From Thermoleophilia bacterium (GTDB lineage: Bacteria > Actinomycetota > Thermoleophilia > RBG-16-64-13): 64,000 bases of DNA. The notes beneath the pieces are model-generated. The model saw only the letters and a program-made list of their open reading frames with translations, did no database searches and was not told the origin of the DNA. The stretch lies in NCBI GenBank assembly GCA_027493445.1, contig JAOSKU010000001.1:1878822-1942821 (forward strand), read 5' to 3'. The position numbers and the translations under genes were made by a program. Within the stretch, counting starts at the first letter, position 1, and every line of letters begins with the position of its first letter. This document shows positions 31,590 to 41,979 of this stretch, piece by piece.

Positions 31590-32760
31590 GCGTGGAGATC
31601 TCGATCAAGGAGAGAGTCTGCGCGATGGTCGACGAGCTCCGGGGGAGCTGTTGGAGGTCTCCCGCCTGATCCATGAGAACCCCGAAACCCGCTTCGAGGA
31701 GCACAGGGCGGTGGAGTGGCTTTGCGCTGTGCTGGAATCGCGTGGTCACGCCGTCGAACGAGGAGTTGCTGGCCTGCCAACCGCTTTCCGAAGCTCGATG
31801 GAGCTGGCCGGTCAGGGACGAGTGGTGGCGTTTGTGGCCGAGTACGACGGTCTTCCCGTCATCGGTCACGGGTGTGGTCACAATCTCATCGCCGGAGCCT
31901 CGCTTGGCGCGTTTCTCGCCTTGGAGGCGGTGGGGGCGCACCTCCCCGGAACAGTCTCGCTACTGGGGACCCCCGGGGAGGAAGGCGGAGGGGGCAAGGT
32001 GACGATGCTCTCCCGAGGCGCCTTTGCCGGCTGCGATGCGGCACTCATGTTCCATCCCGCGCCGTTCACGGTCATGATCCCGGCCACCCTGACCACGGCC
32101 GACGTCACCGTTTCGTTTCGCGGCCGAGCGTCGCATGCAGCGGCGAATCCTGAGAATGGGATCAACGCGCTGGACGGTGTCATCAACACCTTCAACAGCA
32201 TGAACGCACTGCGCGGCTACATGCGCAGGGACGCGCGGGTCCATGGGATCATCACTCGCGGGGGCGAGAGCCAGAACGTCATACCTGAGGCGGCGGAAGC
32301 GGTCTTCAGCGTGCGGGCGAAGGACGTTGCGTATCGAAGCGCGCTGGTTCAGGAGCTCAAGCGGTGTGCTGAGGGTGCTGCGTTGGCCTCAGGAGCACGA
32401 GTCACGGTTACCAACCGAGGGGTTCGCAATTCGCTCACGACGAATCGCCGTCTGATCTCGTTCTTCACGGCGAATCTCGTCTCGCTGGGAGAGAGAACGA
32501 GGGCCGGCCAGCCGCGCCCTTTCTCCACCGATATGGGCGACGTCAGTCACTCTGTGCCCTCTATTCACCCGACGATCTCGATCTGCGAGGAAGGCGTGTC
32601 CCTGCACTCCACCGAGTTCGCACGTGCGGCCGGGTCGGAGCGAGGCCGCGAGGTGATGCTAACAGCAGCCAAGGCTCTGGCCATGACTGCCGTCGATCTG
32701 CTCACAGCCGTGCAGGAACCGCATTCCCGCCGGCGCGCCGCGGCCGGCGAGAGGAGGTGA
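31567..32760 (+). CDS. M20-family amidohydrolase (N-acyl-L-amino acid amidohydrolase / hippurate hydrolase-like)
   Basis: LIHENPETRFEE...GHGCGHNLIAGASLGA...G.PGEEGGGGK are the M20D metal-binding motifs. Confidence 0.75.
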   Translation: MKSTDWSRRGDLDQGESLRDGRRAPGELLEVSRLIHENPETRFEEHRAVEWLCAVLESRGHAVERGVAGLPTAFRSSMELAGQGRVVAFVAEYDGLPVIGHGCGHNLIAGASLGAFLALEAVGAHLPGTVSLLGTPGEEGGGGKVTMLSRGAFAGCDAALMFHPAPFTVMIPATLTTADVTVSFRGRASHAAANPENGINALDGVINTFNSMNALRGYMRRDARVHGIITRGGESQNVIPEAAEAVFSVRAKDVAYRSALVQELKRCAEGAALASGARVTVTNRGVRNSLTTNRRLISFFTANLVSLGERTRAGQPRPFSTDMGDVSHSVPSIHPTISICEEGVSLHSTEFARAAGSERGREVMLTAAKALAMTAVDLLTAVQEPHSRRRAAAGERR

Positions 32761-32819
32761 TGTCGGTCGGGTGGTGACACGTACCGGGCCTGTTGACGGC
32801 GTCTAGATAGGAGCTGTGC

Positions 32820-34709
32820 ATGAAGGGCGGTTACTGCGGCAAGATACTTAGAGTCGATCTGGATGCAGAGAACTTCACTGACGAACCGCTGCCCGAGGAT
32901 CCGGTTCTGCGCAAGTTCGTCGGAGGGTGGGGACTCGGTCTGTATTTCTATAGCAGGGAGTACAAGCCAGGCTTCGGATTCAAGGACCCGCGCACCCCTC
33001 TCATCTTCACGACCGGTCCGCTTACGGGCACCAGGGTTCCCTCGGCTACGAACACGACGGCCGTCACTTTGAACTCGGAGACCGGCTACACCACAGCCCG
33101 ATCACACTCGCACGGAGCTTTCGGACAGAAGCTGAAGGCGGCGGGCTATGACGGCATCATCATCACCGGGCGGGCGAAGAAGCCAGTGTATCTTTGGATC
33201 GACGACAGCGGTCCGAGGCTCTACGACGCGGCCGGCGTCTGGGGCCTTGACACGCATGATACAGAGGACGCCGTCAAGGCCGAGCGAGGTATCGAGGAGG
33301 GGCGCAAAGCAAGCGTTGCCGCCATCGGCCCGGCTGGCGAGAACGTCTGCCACGGAGCTCTGATCCAGAACGACAAGCATCACTCTTTCTCCCATGCCGG
33401 CACCGGAGCGGTCATGGGCGCCAAGAACCTCAAGGCAATCGGAACGGCGGGGACCGCCAAGGTGCCCGTACATGACCCGGCAGCGCTCAAGGAGTCGGCC
33501 AAGCTCTGGCGGGAGAGCCTGCTCGGCTGCGAGATGGGGCAGTTCTGGGTAGCCGGTGGCAAGGATGCAGCAGGCCGGCACTCGGTGTGGGAGTACGATA
33601 AGAGGGAGAGCCTCATCTCGGCCCAGAACTTCCAGCGGGTAAGCCCACCCGAGTGGCTTGATGACATCGAAGACATCGCCGAGGTGCGCAAGAAAGGTTG
33701 CCCGGGGTGTCCGCTCGGCTGTTCCTATGAGGTCGAGATCCACAAAGGGCCTTTTGCGGGCCAGGTCTTCACTCCTTCCGGCGGCGGCGAGAACATGGAG
33801 GGGAGCGCCTCGATCATCGGCGTCTACGACACCGCGCGGGTCTACATGCTCACCGACACCAATGATCGGATGGGGTTCGAAGCCGGAGCCGCGGGGACCA
33901 CACTGGCGCTTGCCATTGAGGCATACAAGAAAGGGCTACTGACCAGGGAGGACACTGATGGTCTCGAACTCCGTTGGGGCGACGCGGACCTAGGCGCGGC
34001 CCTGATCCGCAAGATGGCCCACCGCGAAGGTGCGTTTGGGGAGATTTTGGCACTTGGAGCACCCGGACTTGCCCGGCGCATCGGCGGTGAGGCCCTCGAC
34101 ATGGTGGCCCATGTGAAGGGCGGCAGCATCAACCACCACGACTGGCGGGCCTCCTGGGGCATCTTCTTTGGTCAGATCGTCGGCGGCGCCTCCGGCTGGC
34201 CGGCCCCGGGCGTCACGAACTTCACCACGGAGCCTTCGATTGGCTACGATACCTTCCAGGAGCCGCTGACCCCGGAGGGCAAGCCCCTCGCCTCCCGCAT
34301 GACGGGCATGCTCAAGTTCTATAACGACTCCGTCGGCACTTGCTGGAACTCCCTCTGGGGAGTGCCGCGCAGCCTGCAGTCAACCACGGAGTGCATCGCG
34401 GCGGCCACCGGTTGGGACTTCACCCCAGAGGAGGCGCTCACGTTGGGAGAACGGCTGATGAACCTGGAACGGGTGTGCAACCTGCGAAACGGCTTCACAA
34501 AGACGGACGACTTCGACATCGGCCCGCGCCTTCTGCAGGCCCCCACTGAGGGACGGGCGAAGGGCCGCTCAATCAAGCCCTTCTTGCCTGGGATGATCGA
34601 CGAATACTATGAGCTCATGGGCTGGGATGTGAAGACGGGCCGGCCTTACCGGGCAACCCTCGAGCGTCTCGGGTTGGAGGAGTACGCTCTGTTCGTCTGG
34701 ACTGACTGA
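32820..34709 (+). CDS. aldehyde:ferredoxin oxidoreductase family (tungsto/molybdopterin enzyme)
   Basis: N-terminal MKGGYCGKILRVDLDAENFTDEPL is the AOR signature. 629 aa. Confidence 0.8.
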   Translation: MKGGYCGKILRVDLDAENFTDEPLPEDPVLRKFVGGWGLGLYFYSREYKPGFGFKDPRTPLIFTTGPLTGTRVPSATNTTAVTLNSETGYTTARSHSHGAFGQKLKAAGYDGIIITGRAKKPVYLWIDDSGPRLYDAAGVWGLDTHDTEDAVKAERGIEEGRKASVAAIGPAGENVCHGALIQNDKHHSFSHAGTGAVMGAKNLKAIGTAGTAKVPVHDPAALKESAKLWRESLLGCEMGQFWVAGGKDAAGRHSVWEYDKRESLISAQNFQRVSPPEWLDDIEDIAEVRKKGCPGCPLGCSYEVEIHKGPFAGQVFTPSGGGENMEGSASIIGVYDTARVYMLTDTNDRMGFEAGAAGTTLALAIEAYKKGLLTREDTDGLELRWGDADLGAALIRKMAHREGAFGEILALGAPGLARRIGGEALDMVAHVKGGSINHHDWRASWGIFFGQIVGGASGWPAPGVTNFTTEPSIGYDTFQEPLTPEGKPLASRMTGMLKFYNDSVGTCWNSLWGVPRSLQSTTECIAAATGWDFTPEEALTLGERLMNLERVCNLRNGFTKTDDFDIGPRLLQAPTEGRAKGRSIKPFLPGMIDEYYELMGWDVKTGRPYRATLERLGLEEYALFVWTD

Positions 34710-34723
34710 AGGAGAGGGATGAC

Positions 34724-36034
34724 ATGAAGCGGCGTATCATTTGGGCCCTGGCGGCGGCCCTCCTGCTTACCATTGGTCTACTCTCTGGTTCCTGCGCCGG
34801 CGAGGAAGCCACAACGACAACATCCGCCGAGGAGCCTGCCACTACAGAGTCCACGGCTCCGAGCACCACGGCGGCCGCCCTTGACCGGCCGGTCAAGATT
34901 GGCGGTACTCTTCCACTGTCCGGGCCCGCGGCGGGGGACGGGCAGCGCTTCCTGGACGGGCGCAAGCTGGCGGTCAAGAAGATCAACGCGGCCGGAGGGG
35001 TGCTCGGCCAGCAAATCGAGCTGGTGGTAGTCGACGACGGCTTCGAGCCGGCCAAAGTGCCCTCTCTGTACGAGAACCTGGTCCGGCAGGACAAGCTGGA
35101 CGTGCTGCTGTCGTCCTACGGAGCGCCCATGACAATGCCGGCGATGGCGGTCGCCGACAAGTATGACAAGCTTGTGCTGAGCGGCTACTCGTCCTCGACC
35201 GGGCTCATGGAGCAGTATGGGGGCAAGCGCTTCTTCACCGTAGCGGCCCAGCCCAAGGACAAGATGTACGTCAACTGGTTCTACCGGGGCCTGACCGACT
35301 TCCTTGCGGATTTCGATTCCTGGAATACGAAAGCCGACGTCCAGAAGCCCACCAAGATAGCCGTGCTCAACGAGAATCAGCTCTGGGGGATTGAGCAGCA
35401 TGACTTGTGGAAACCGCATGCCGAGCAACAAGGCTGGGAGATCGTCGTCGACGAGTTCGTGGAGATGAACCAGATGGAGTTCTCCTCCCTGATCTCGAAG
35501 ATCAAGTCGGCGAACCCCGACGTGATCATGACAGAGTTCTTCTACTTCCGTTCGGTGCCCTTCGTGAAGCAGCTGAAGGAGCAAGGCGTCAAGGCTGACT
35601 TCGTCGCCTGCAGCGAGGCAGGGACGACTGCCGATTGGGCCGACGAGACCAAAGGCGCCGGCGCCGTCGGCAACAACGTCATCACTTTCGACTACCTTCC
35701 CGCCGCCTACACCGGCGGCGGTAGTGAGGAGTTTCGCGCCGACTTCAAGGCCGAGTACGGCCGCGACCCTGGCTTTCTCGAGGCAGCCGGCTACGCTGAG
35801 GTCCAGGTGCTGGCGCAGGCCATCGAGACCGCGGGCAGCATCGAGACGGACGCGCTGCGGGACGCCCTGCTCAGCGGAAGCTTCGAGACTGTCTACACCT
35901 CGGCGAAGTTCGACAGCATGGGCCTGAACGCCGAGTTCAATCCGGTCGTAGGGCAATGGATCGACGGTCGGCTTGAGAGTGTCTACCCGAAGGACGCAGC
36001 CACCGCGGAGCTGGTCTATCCCTTTGCCCAGTGA
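34724..36034 (+). CDS. ABC transporter substrate-binding protein, branched-chain amino acid (LivK/LivJ) type, lipoprotein
   Basis: N-terminal lipobox LLSGSCAG, a Thr/Ala-rich linker, and periplasmic binding protein type 1 features. Confidence 0.7.
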   Translation: MKRRIIWALAAALLLTIGLLSGSCAGEEATTTTSAEEPATTESTAPSTTAAALDRPVKIGGTLPLSGPAAGDGQRFLDGRKLAVKKINAAGGVLGQQIELVVVDDGFEPAKVPSLYENLVRQDKLDVLLSSYGAPMTMPAMAVADKYDKLVLSGYSSSTGLMEQYGGKRFFTVAAQPKDKMYVNWFYRGLTDFLADFDSWNTKADVQKPTKIAVLNENQLWGIEQHDLWKPHAEQQGWEIVVDEFVEMNQMEFSSLISKIKSANPDVIMTEFFYFRSVPFVKQLKEQGVKADFVACSEAGTTADWADETKGAGAVGNNVITFDYLPAAYTGGGSEEFRADFKAEYGRDPGFLEAAGYAEVQVLAQAIETAGSIETDALRDALLSGSFETVYTSAKFDSMGLNAEFNPVVGQWIDGRLESVYPKDAATAELVYPFAQ

Positions 36035-36133
36035 ATCTCCATCGAGTGCTCTTCGGTGGACAAGCGCCGGCCTTCGCCGGCGCTTGTCCACCCGGCTTGC
36101 CGTCTGCCGCGGCTGTGACTGGACCAGACGAGG

Positions 36134-37023
36134 ATGCACGTGAGTTCGTTTGCCGAAGCCGCTTTTCAAGTGGTGGTCTTCGGCCTGCTGGCCGGGAGCA
36201 TTTATAGCCTTCTCGGACTCGGCCTCACGCTCATCATGGGTGTGGGCAAGATCCTTAACATCAGCCATGGGGACCTGGGTATTCTGGGCGCCTATGCGGC
36301 CTACGCGGCCTTCATCGGCTGGGGTGTCGATCCCCTGCTCATGCTGGTGGTTGTCATCCCCTTGCTCGGCCTTCTGGGCGGGGGATCCAGCGTTTTGTGA
36401 TCAGCCCAGCCATCACCGACCCCAAGTTCCGGACCACCGCCTCGGTCATGATCACCTACGGACTGGCCCTGGTCATCGCTAATGGGCTCACGGTGACGGC
36501 CTCGCCCAGCTACCGTTTTCTCAGCCTGAGCTACGCCTATTCCGGCGTCGAGGTGCTCGGCACCACCATCAATGTCCCGCGCCTGCTGGTGCTGGTCACT
36601 GCGTTCGTTGTCATGGCGCTGCTCGTGGCTCTGCTTCGCACCCGGCTCGGAAAGGCGATTCTGGCATCGGCGCAAGACCAGACCCTGGCCATGTTGGTCG
36701 GGGTGAACAACCGGCGGGTCGCAGCCCTTACGTTCGCCATCTCCTCTGGGCTCGCCGCAGTAGCCGGCGTCCTGTATATCCTCAACAACCCCCTCTATCC
36801 CGCCGTCGGCCTCGGTCTGACTATCAAAGGCTTGACCGTCATGGTGCTTGGCGGCATCGGCAATGTCCCCGGGGCGATGGTCGCCGGGCTCATTCTCGGT
36901 CTGGCCGAGTCCTTCACGTCGTTCTACATCGGCGACCTCTACCGGGACGTCATCGCATACTTGGTGCTCATCGTCGTGCTCCTCGTTCGTCCGAGCGGCA
37001 TCTTCCGGAGTCTGGAGGGATGA
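36134..37023 (+). CDS. livH: branched-chain amino acid ABC permease (LivH type), frame broken at G run 36380-36384
   Basis: 36134-36400 and 36397-37023 join as ...LLGLLGGGIQRFVISPAITD... if one G is added. Confidence 0.7.
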
Positions 37024-37051
37024 CCGACCAGGTGCCGGAGCGGAGAGCTTT

Positions 37052-38014
37052 GTGATCGGGCGCTACGGCATTGCGGGGGCATACGGCCTGGGTATGGCTG
37101 GAGCGGCTCTCGTCCTGGCGTTGCCCATCTTCGCACCGGGGATGGTCGGCTATGCGATCGGGCTCTTCATGTACGCCACCCTGGCAATGGGCTGGAACCT
37201 GCAGGGCGGCTACCTGGGCGATCTTTCCTTTGGCCACGTCGCGTTTTTCGGCCTGGGCGGGTATGGGGTTGCCCTCCTCATCGAGAACCACATCCTCGAC
37301 TGGGGCCCAATCAACGTGATTGTTGGTGCTCTCGGAGCGGCAGCTTTTGCAGCGGTGATCGGCGTACCGTTCCTGAGACTCAAGGGCTTCTACTTCGCCA
37401 TCGGAACCCTCGGCCTGTCGGGACTCCTTGCCCTGGTGTTCAAGAACCTGCTCGAGGATGTCACCCATGGTGCCGCGGGCATCATGGTGCCTGCGCCTCA
37501 GCCCTACCATATCGAGACCTTCTACTACTCCATACTAGGGATTGCTGTTCTCACCCTGGTCGGGTCCGCGATCCTCATACGTTCGCGAGTTGGCCTTGCT
37601 TTCCGCGCCGTGCGTGACAACCCGGAGGCCGCCTATTCACTGGGGATTCACGTGACGTTCTACCGTGTGCTCGGCTTCGCCGTGAGCGCTTTCGTCGTAG
37701 GGTTGGTGGGGGGCTTCTACGCCTACTACACCAACTACCTGAATCCGGACGGCATGTTCGCCGCCACCGTCAGTTTTGAGATGCTGGTCATGGTGTTCCT
37801 GGGTGGAGCCGGAACTCTGGGCGGCCCCCTTCTCGGTGCCGTTGTCTTCTATGTCCTCCAGGAAGTGGGACGGCAATACATCGGGCAGGGCTTCTACATC
37901 CTGCCGGCCTTGATTCTCATCATCGTGTTCATGTTCCTGCCCAGTGGACTCATGGGAGTGCCCCTGGGCCGCCGCCCGCGTTTTGGATTCTCCCGGAAGG
38001 TAGGCCGCAGGTGA
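37052..38014 (+). CDS. livM: branched-chain amino acid ABC permease (LivM type)
   Basis: Polytopic. The start is uncertain. The ORF is open from 36848 and overlaps livH. Confidence 0.65.
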   Translation: MIGRYGIAGAYGLGMAGAALVLALPIFAPGMVGYAIGLFMYATLAMGWNLQGGYLGDLSFGHVAFFGLGGYGVALLIENHILDWGPINVIVGALGAAAFAAVIGVPFLRLKGFYFAIGTLGLSGLLALVFKNLLEDVTHGAAGIMVPAPQPYHIETFYYSILGIAVLTLVGSAILIRSRVGLAFRAVRDNPEAAYSLGIHVTFYRVLGFAVSAFVVGLVGGFYAYYTNYLNPDGMFAATVSFEMLVMVFLGGAGTLGGPLLGAVVFYVLQEVGRQYIGQGFYILPALILIIVFMFLPSGLMGVPLGRRPRFGFSRKVGRR

Positions 38015-38751
38015 GCCTGCTCGAAGCACGTAGTATCGGAAAATCATTCGGGGGCGTGGTAGCGCTGGACGGCGTTGACATGGAGCTCCACGAGGGAGAG
38101 ATACTTGGGCTTATCGGACCGAACGGTTCGGGCAAGACAACGTTGTTCAATGTGCTGAGCGGCTTCTACAAGCCGGACCGCGGCTCTGTCCGCTACCGCG
38201 GTCGAGACATCACCGGGTGGCGCCCGGACCGGATATGCCGGGTCGGCATTGGCAGGACCTTCCAGCTGATCCACCCTTTCGAAACCATGAGCGTTCTGGA
38301 GAACGTGCTCGTCGGAGCGACCTTCGGCAAGCGCGGCCGGGAGCATCGCGGCTGCCGACAGCGCGCCTCGGAGGTTCTTGCTGAGGTGGGGTTGGCGACC
38401 AAAGCGCAGGGGGCCGTCGGCAGTCTCACCATGGCCGAGCTTCGGCACCTGGAGCTGGCCCGCGCGCTTGCCACGGCTCCTCGGGTGCTCTTCTTGGACG
38501 AGGCCATGGCCGGTCTGACCAACACCGAAACCGAGGATCTGATGCGGGAGGTGCGGGCTATCAGGGATCGGGGGGTGACGGTGTTCATCATAGAGCACGT
38601 GATGAAGGCCATCATGGGACTCTCGAACCGAGTAATGGTGCTGGAGTCGGGGAGGAAAATCGCCGAGGGCGCCCCCGAGGACGTGGTGAGCGACCGGCGG
38701 GTGATAGAGGCGTACCTGGGCAAGGACGGAGCGACACATGCTGCGGGTTGA
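38011..38751 (+). CDS. livG: ABC transporter ATP-binding protein (LivG type)
   Basis: Walker A GPNGSGKTT, signature LSGGQ-like and Walker B LFLDE. Confidence 0.8.
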   Translation: MSLLEARSIGKSFGGVVALDGVDMELHEGEILGLIGPNGSGKTTLFNVLSGFYKPDRGSVRYRGRDITGWRPDRICRVGIGRTFQLIHPFETMSVLENVLVGATFGKRGREHRGCRQRASEVLAEVGLATKAQGAVGSLTMAELRHLELARALATAPRVLFLDEAMAGLTNTETEDLMREVRAIRDRGVTVFIIEHVMKAIMGLSNRVMVLESGRKIAEGAPEDVVSDRRVIEAYLGKDGATHAAG

Positions 38752-39442
38752 GAACCTGTGCGCTGGCTACGGGCCAACTCGTGTGCTCTGGGACGTGGGA
38801 CTCGCCGTGGAGGAGCACGAGACGGTCATCATTGCGGGTTCCAACGGCGCCGGCAAGAGCACCCTTCTCAAGTGCATAGCGGGTGTGATGGAGCCCCAGG
38901 CAGGCGCGATCACCTTCAAGGAGCAGCGAATCGAGGGCCGCCCCGCGTACGACTTGGTGGCCCGGGGGCTCAGCTTGATACCGGAGGGGGGCCGAGTATT
39001 CCCCCACATGAGCGTAGCGGACAATCTCCAGATGGGAGCGCACCTGCTCAGAGATCGGGCTGCTCGGCAGGCGGCTCTGGACTCTGTCTACCATCTCTTC
39101 GCGGATCTGTACGAGAAGCGAAATCAGTATGCGCGCACCTTGAGCGGAGGGCAAAGGCAGATGCTGGCGATAGGCATAGGTCTCATGAGCCGACCAGCGC
39201 TTCTGATGGTGGACGAACCTTCCTCGGGTCTTTCTCCGCTCCTGGTGGGCTACTTGATGGACATGCTTACGAAGGTCACGGATTCGGGCCTGAGCGTGTT
39301 GCTTGTCGAGCAGAACATCCGCTCCGCCCTCGAGATAGCCGACCGGGGATACGTCATGGAGAACGGACGGATCATCATGGAGGGGACCAGTTCCGCGTTG
39401 AAGGAAAATGATTTCGTGCGCGAGGCCTACCTGGGCTTGTAG
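38738..39442 (+). CDS. livF: ABC transporter ATP-binding protein (LivF type)
   Basis: GSNGAGKST, LSGGQRQMLAIG and LLMVDEPSSGL. Confidence 0.8.
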   Translation: MLRVENLCAGYGPTRVLWDVGLAVEEHETVIIAGSNGAGKSTLLKCIAGVMEPQAGAITFKEQRIEGRPAYDLVARGLSLIPEGGRVFPHMSVADNLQMGAHLLRDRAARQAALDSVYHLFADLYEKRNQYARTLSGGQRQMLAIGIGLMSRPALLMVDEPSSGLSPLLVGYLMDMLTKVTDSGLSVLLVEQNIRSALEIADRGYVMENGRIIMEGTSSALKENDFVREAYLGL

Positions 39443-39448
39443 GAGCCG

Positions 39449-39640
39449 GTGCGAGGCAGGCGCCTCGTCGCTCCGGGGTTGCTCTGGTACGAGATGAGCG
39501 AGGTGCCCCAACTCGCTCTCGACAGTGGACTCACCGCTTGTGACGCCGCGTATCTTTCGCTGGCGCAGTCACTCCGGGCGCCCCTTGCCACCTTCGACCG
39601 GCGGCTGGGGGACGTCGCGACGCAGGCGACGGGCACAGCA
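39449..39640 (+). pseudogene. possible VapC (PIN) C-terminal remnant
   Basis: ...LTACDAAYLSLAQSLRAPLATFDRRL matches the PIN C-terminal consensus (sYDAaYlaLAr.lgaPLvTlDrrL). Nothing PIN-like lies upstream. Confidence 0.3.
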
Positions 39641-39646
39641 GGAGGA

Positions 39647-40039
39647 CTAGACCTCCGCCGCGCGCTTGATCTTCCCGATCGAAAGGAACATCGCCCGGTA
39701 TCTGGTGCGAGAGGTGGGTCCGCCGCTGACTGTGTCGAGGGCGACAAAGCCGAGCTGTTCGTAGAACGACACGCGATTGGCCAGAGCAGCCACGAGTATC
39801 CCCAGGCAGCCCACCCGGCGCCGCTGCTCCAGCGGCGCCCGCAGCATCATGTCCCGCACAAGGGCGCGCCCGAGCCCCAGGCCCTGGTGGCGGAGGTCGA
39901 CCGCCAAGCGAGCCAAGCGAACAACCGGCAGCGGACACTGTGTCCGTGCCGGCGGCCTTTGCTGCAGCCCCAAACGGCCGGAGGGCGCGTGACCTTCCCG
40001 CAGCTGGCCCTGCGGCTGCCAGATCGTGTCCTCCCGCAA
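39647..40039 (-). CDS. GNAT-family N-acetyltransferase
   Basis: LARLAVDLRHQGLGLGRALVRDMM...FYEQLGFVALD is the GNAT motif A/B region. The start is uncertain. Confidence 0.55.
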   Translation of the reverse strand: MREDTIWQPQGQLREGHAPSGRLGLQQRPPARTQCPLPVVRLARLAVDLRHQGLGLGRALVRDMMLRAPLEQRRRVGCLGILVAALANRVSFYEQLGFVALDTVSGGPTSRTRYRAMFLSIGKIKRAAEV

Positions 40040-40077
40040 CCTTGCAAATCAGGTAACGCAGCTCCATAATTGCATAC

Positions 40078-41265
40078 ATGATCGAACGCAGACTAGCTTC
40101 CGAACTCGACCGGCGCCTGGAGCAGGTGCCCGCCGTGGCCTTGCTCGGACCGCGGCAGGCCGGCAAGACGACGCTGGCCCTGGCCGTGGGCCAGGCGCAT
40201 GGGGCGCTGTACATCGACCTCGAGTCGGAACGCGATCGGGCCAAGCTCAGCGAGCCTGAGCTCTATCTGGCCGATCACTTCGGGCGGCTGGTGATCCTCG
40301 ATGAAATCCATCGCGCGCCCGACCTGTTCCCATCGCTGCGTGGTCTGATCGACCGGGCGCGCCGCGAAGGCCATCGCAACGGTCTCTATCTGCTGCTCGG
40401 ATCAGCCTCGTTGGATCTGCTCAAGCAATCGGGCGAGACTCTGGCCGGACGTATCAGCTACCTCGGATTGAGCCCCTTCTCCGTGCTTGAGATCCGCGGG
40501 CAGCCGATCGAGAGGCCCATCGAGCGGCTCTGGCTGCGTGGCGGCTTTCCGGAGAGCTTCCTGGCCGCGGATGACGCCCAAAGCCTGCGCTGGCGGGAAG
40601 ACTTCATCCGCACCTACCTGGAGCGTGACATCCCCCAGTTCGGACCGCGGATCGCCGCCGAGACCCTGCGCCGCTTCTGGACTATGCTCGCCCATCATCA
40701 AGGCGGCCTGCTCAACGTGGCGCAATTGGCGCGCAACCTGGGCGTGGACGGCAAGACCGCGGCCCGCTATATCGACCTGCTCTCCGACCTGCTGCTGGTG
40801 CGGCGACTGCCGGCCTGGCACACGAACCTGGGCAAGCGGCTCGTCAAATCGCCCAAGGTCTACGTGCGCGACAGCGGTCTTCTGCATGCACTGCTAGCCA
40901 TCGGCGACAAGGACACCTTGCTGAGCCATCCCGTGGTGGGCGCAAGCTGGGAAGGCTTCGTCATCGAGAACCTGCTCGCCTCGGCACCGCGGGGCGTCCA
41001 GGGCTACTTCTACCGCACCAGCGGCGGCGCCGAGATCGACCTGCTGCTGGCCTGGCCCGACGGTCGCCTGTGGGCCGTGGAGGTCAAGCGCAGCCTCACG
41101 CCCCGACCGGAGCGCGGCTTCCACGCCGCCTGCGCCGACCTTGGGCCCGAGCGCCGGTTCGTGGTGTATCCAGGGCGGGAAACCTACCCCATCGCCGCCG
41201 AAACCACGGCCGTGCCCTTGGAGGAACTCGCCCGGCGTCTGGGGCAGCAGGTAAATCACCCTTGA
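40078..41265 (+). CDS. AAA-family ATPase with DUF4143 domain (COG1373-type)
   Basis: Walker A GPRQAGKTT, Walker B LVILDEIH, and a C-terminal DUF4143-like region. Confidence 0.65.
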   Translation: MIERRLASELDRRLEQVPAVALLGPRQAGKTTLALAVGQAHGALYIDLESERDRAKLSEPELYLADHFGRLVILDEIHRAPDLFPSLRGLIDRARREGHRNGLYLLLGSASLDLLKQSGETLAGRISYLGLSPFSVLEIRGQPIERPIERLWLRGGFPESFLAADDAQSLRWREDFIRTYLERDIPQFGPRIAAETLRRFWTMLAHHQGGLLNVAQLARNLGVDGKTAARYIDLLSDLLLVRRLPAWHTNLGKRLVKSPKVYVRDSGLLHALLAIGDKDTLLSHPVVGASWEGFVIENLLASAPRGVQGYFYRTSGGAEIDLLLAWPDGRLWAVEVKRSLTPRPERGFHAACADLGPERRFVVYPGRETYPIAAETTAVPLEELARRLGQQVNHP

Positions 41266-41384
41266 CAGCGAGTGTTGACCGGCTTCACCTTTGCTGTTAG
41301 CATATAAGTGCAAGCCGCATATAGTTTGTAGGCGGTGCATTCACTTGTTTCCCCGGATCTTCTGGCGAGCAGGAGGTGAGAAAC

Positions 41385-41797
41385 ATGGAAGGCTGCGGTA
41401 GACGAGGGCCCCGAGGTCCTGGCGGCGGCCGTTACCGCCGGGCGGTGCTCGAGCCCGCCATCCTGCTCTCCCTGCTCTCTGAGGAGCGGCACGGCTACGA
41501 CCTGATCGAGCCGGTCGAAGGGCTGGTAGCGGGGAGGTGTGCGTTGACCCCGGCAGCGTGTATCGGCTGCTGCGGGGCATGGAAGACGAAGGGCTCGTAT
41601 CCTCCGCTTGGGAGATCACCGCCCGCGGGCCCAATCGACGCACCTATACGATCACGGGGCAAGGTCGGGAAGCGCTGGCGGCGGCCGCCGAGGAGCTTCG
41701 GCGGCGAGCGCGGGCTTTAGCTGCGCTCGCCCAGGCGGCTGAGTTGGGCCTCGCGGGTGAGAGGCCGGCCGAACGAGTGAGCGCGAGAGAGGAGTAG
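41385..41797 (+). CDS. PadR-family transcriptional regulator, frame broken at G run 41531-41534
   Basis: ...AILLSLLSEERHGYDLIEPVEGLVAG then, after adding one G, EVCVDPGSVYRLLRGMEDEGLVSSAWEITARGPNRRTYTITGQGREAL. SD AGGAGG 10 nt before the ATG. Confidence 0.65.
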
Positions 41798-41799
41798 TC

Positions 41800-41979
41800 A
41801 TGCCTCGCCACGATGGAACAGGACCGGAAGGTAAGGGCCCGGGCACGGGGCGCATGCTCGGCAACTGCGTCGTGTACGCCGCCGACTTCTTCCGCAACCT
41901 TCGGCGCAGGCCGCTGAGACCCCTGCGCCGGCTGCGGGAACCGCCGGCAGACTCCAACAGGCAACGGAACCGGGAATGA
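41800..41979 (+). CDS. DUF5320-like small protein (59 aa)
   Basis: MPRHDGTGPEGKGPGTGRMLGNC resembles the DUF5320 N-terminus MPRGDGTGPMGMGPMTGRG. It is coupled to PadR with a 2-nt gap and overlaps the GntR start (ATGA). Too short to appear in the ORF track. Confidence 0.45.
   Translation: MPRHDGTGPEGKGPGTGRMLGNCVVYAADFFRNLRRRPLRPLRRLREPPADSNRQRNRE

Noticed and set aside
39449-40069. 206-aa plus ORF
   Set aside because: Only the first ~60 codons resemble a PIN C-terminus. The remainder is antisense to the GNAT gene.
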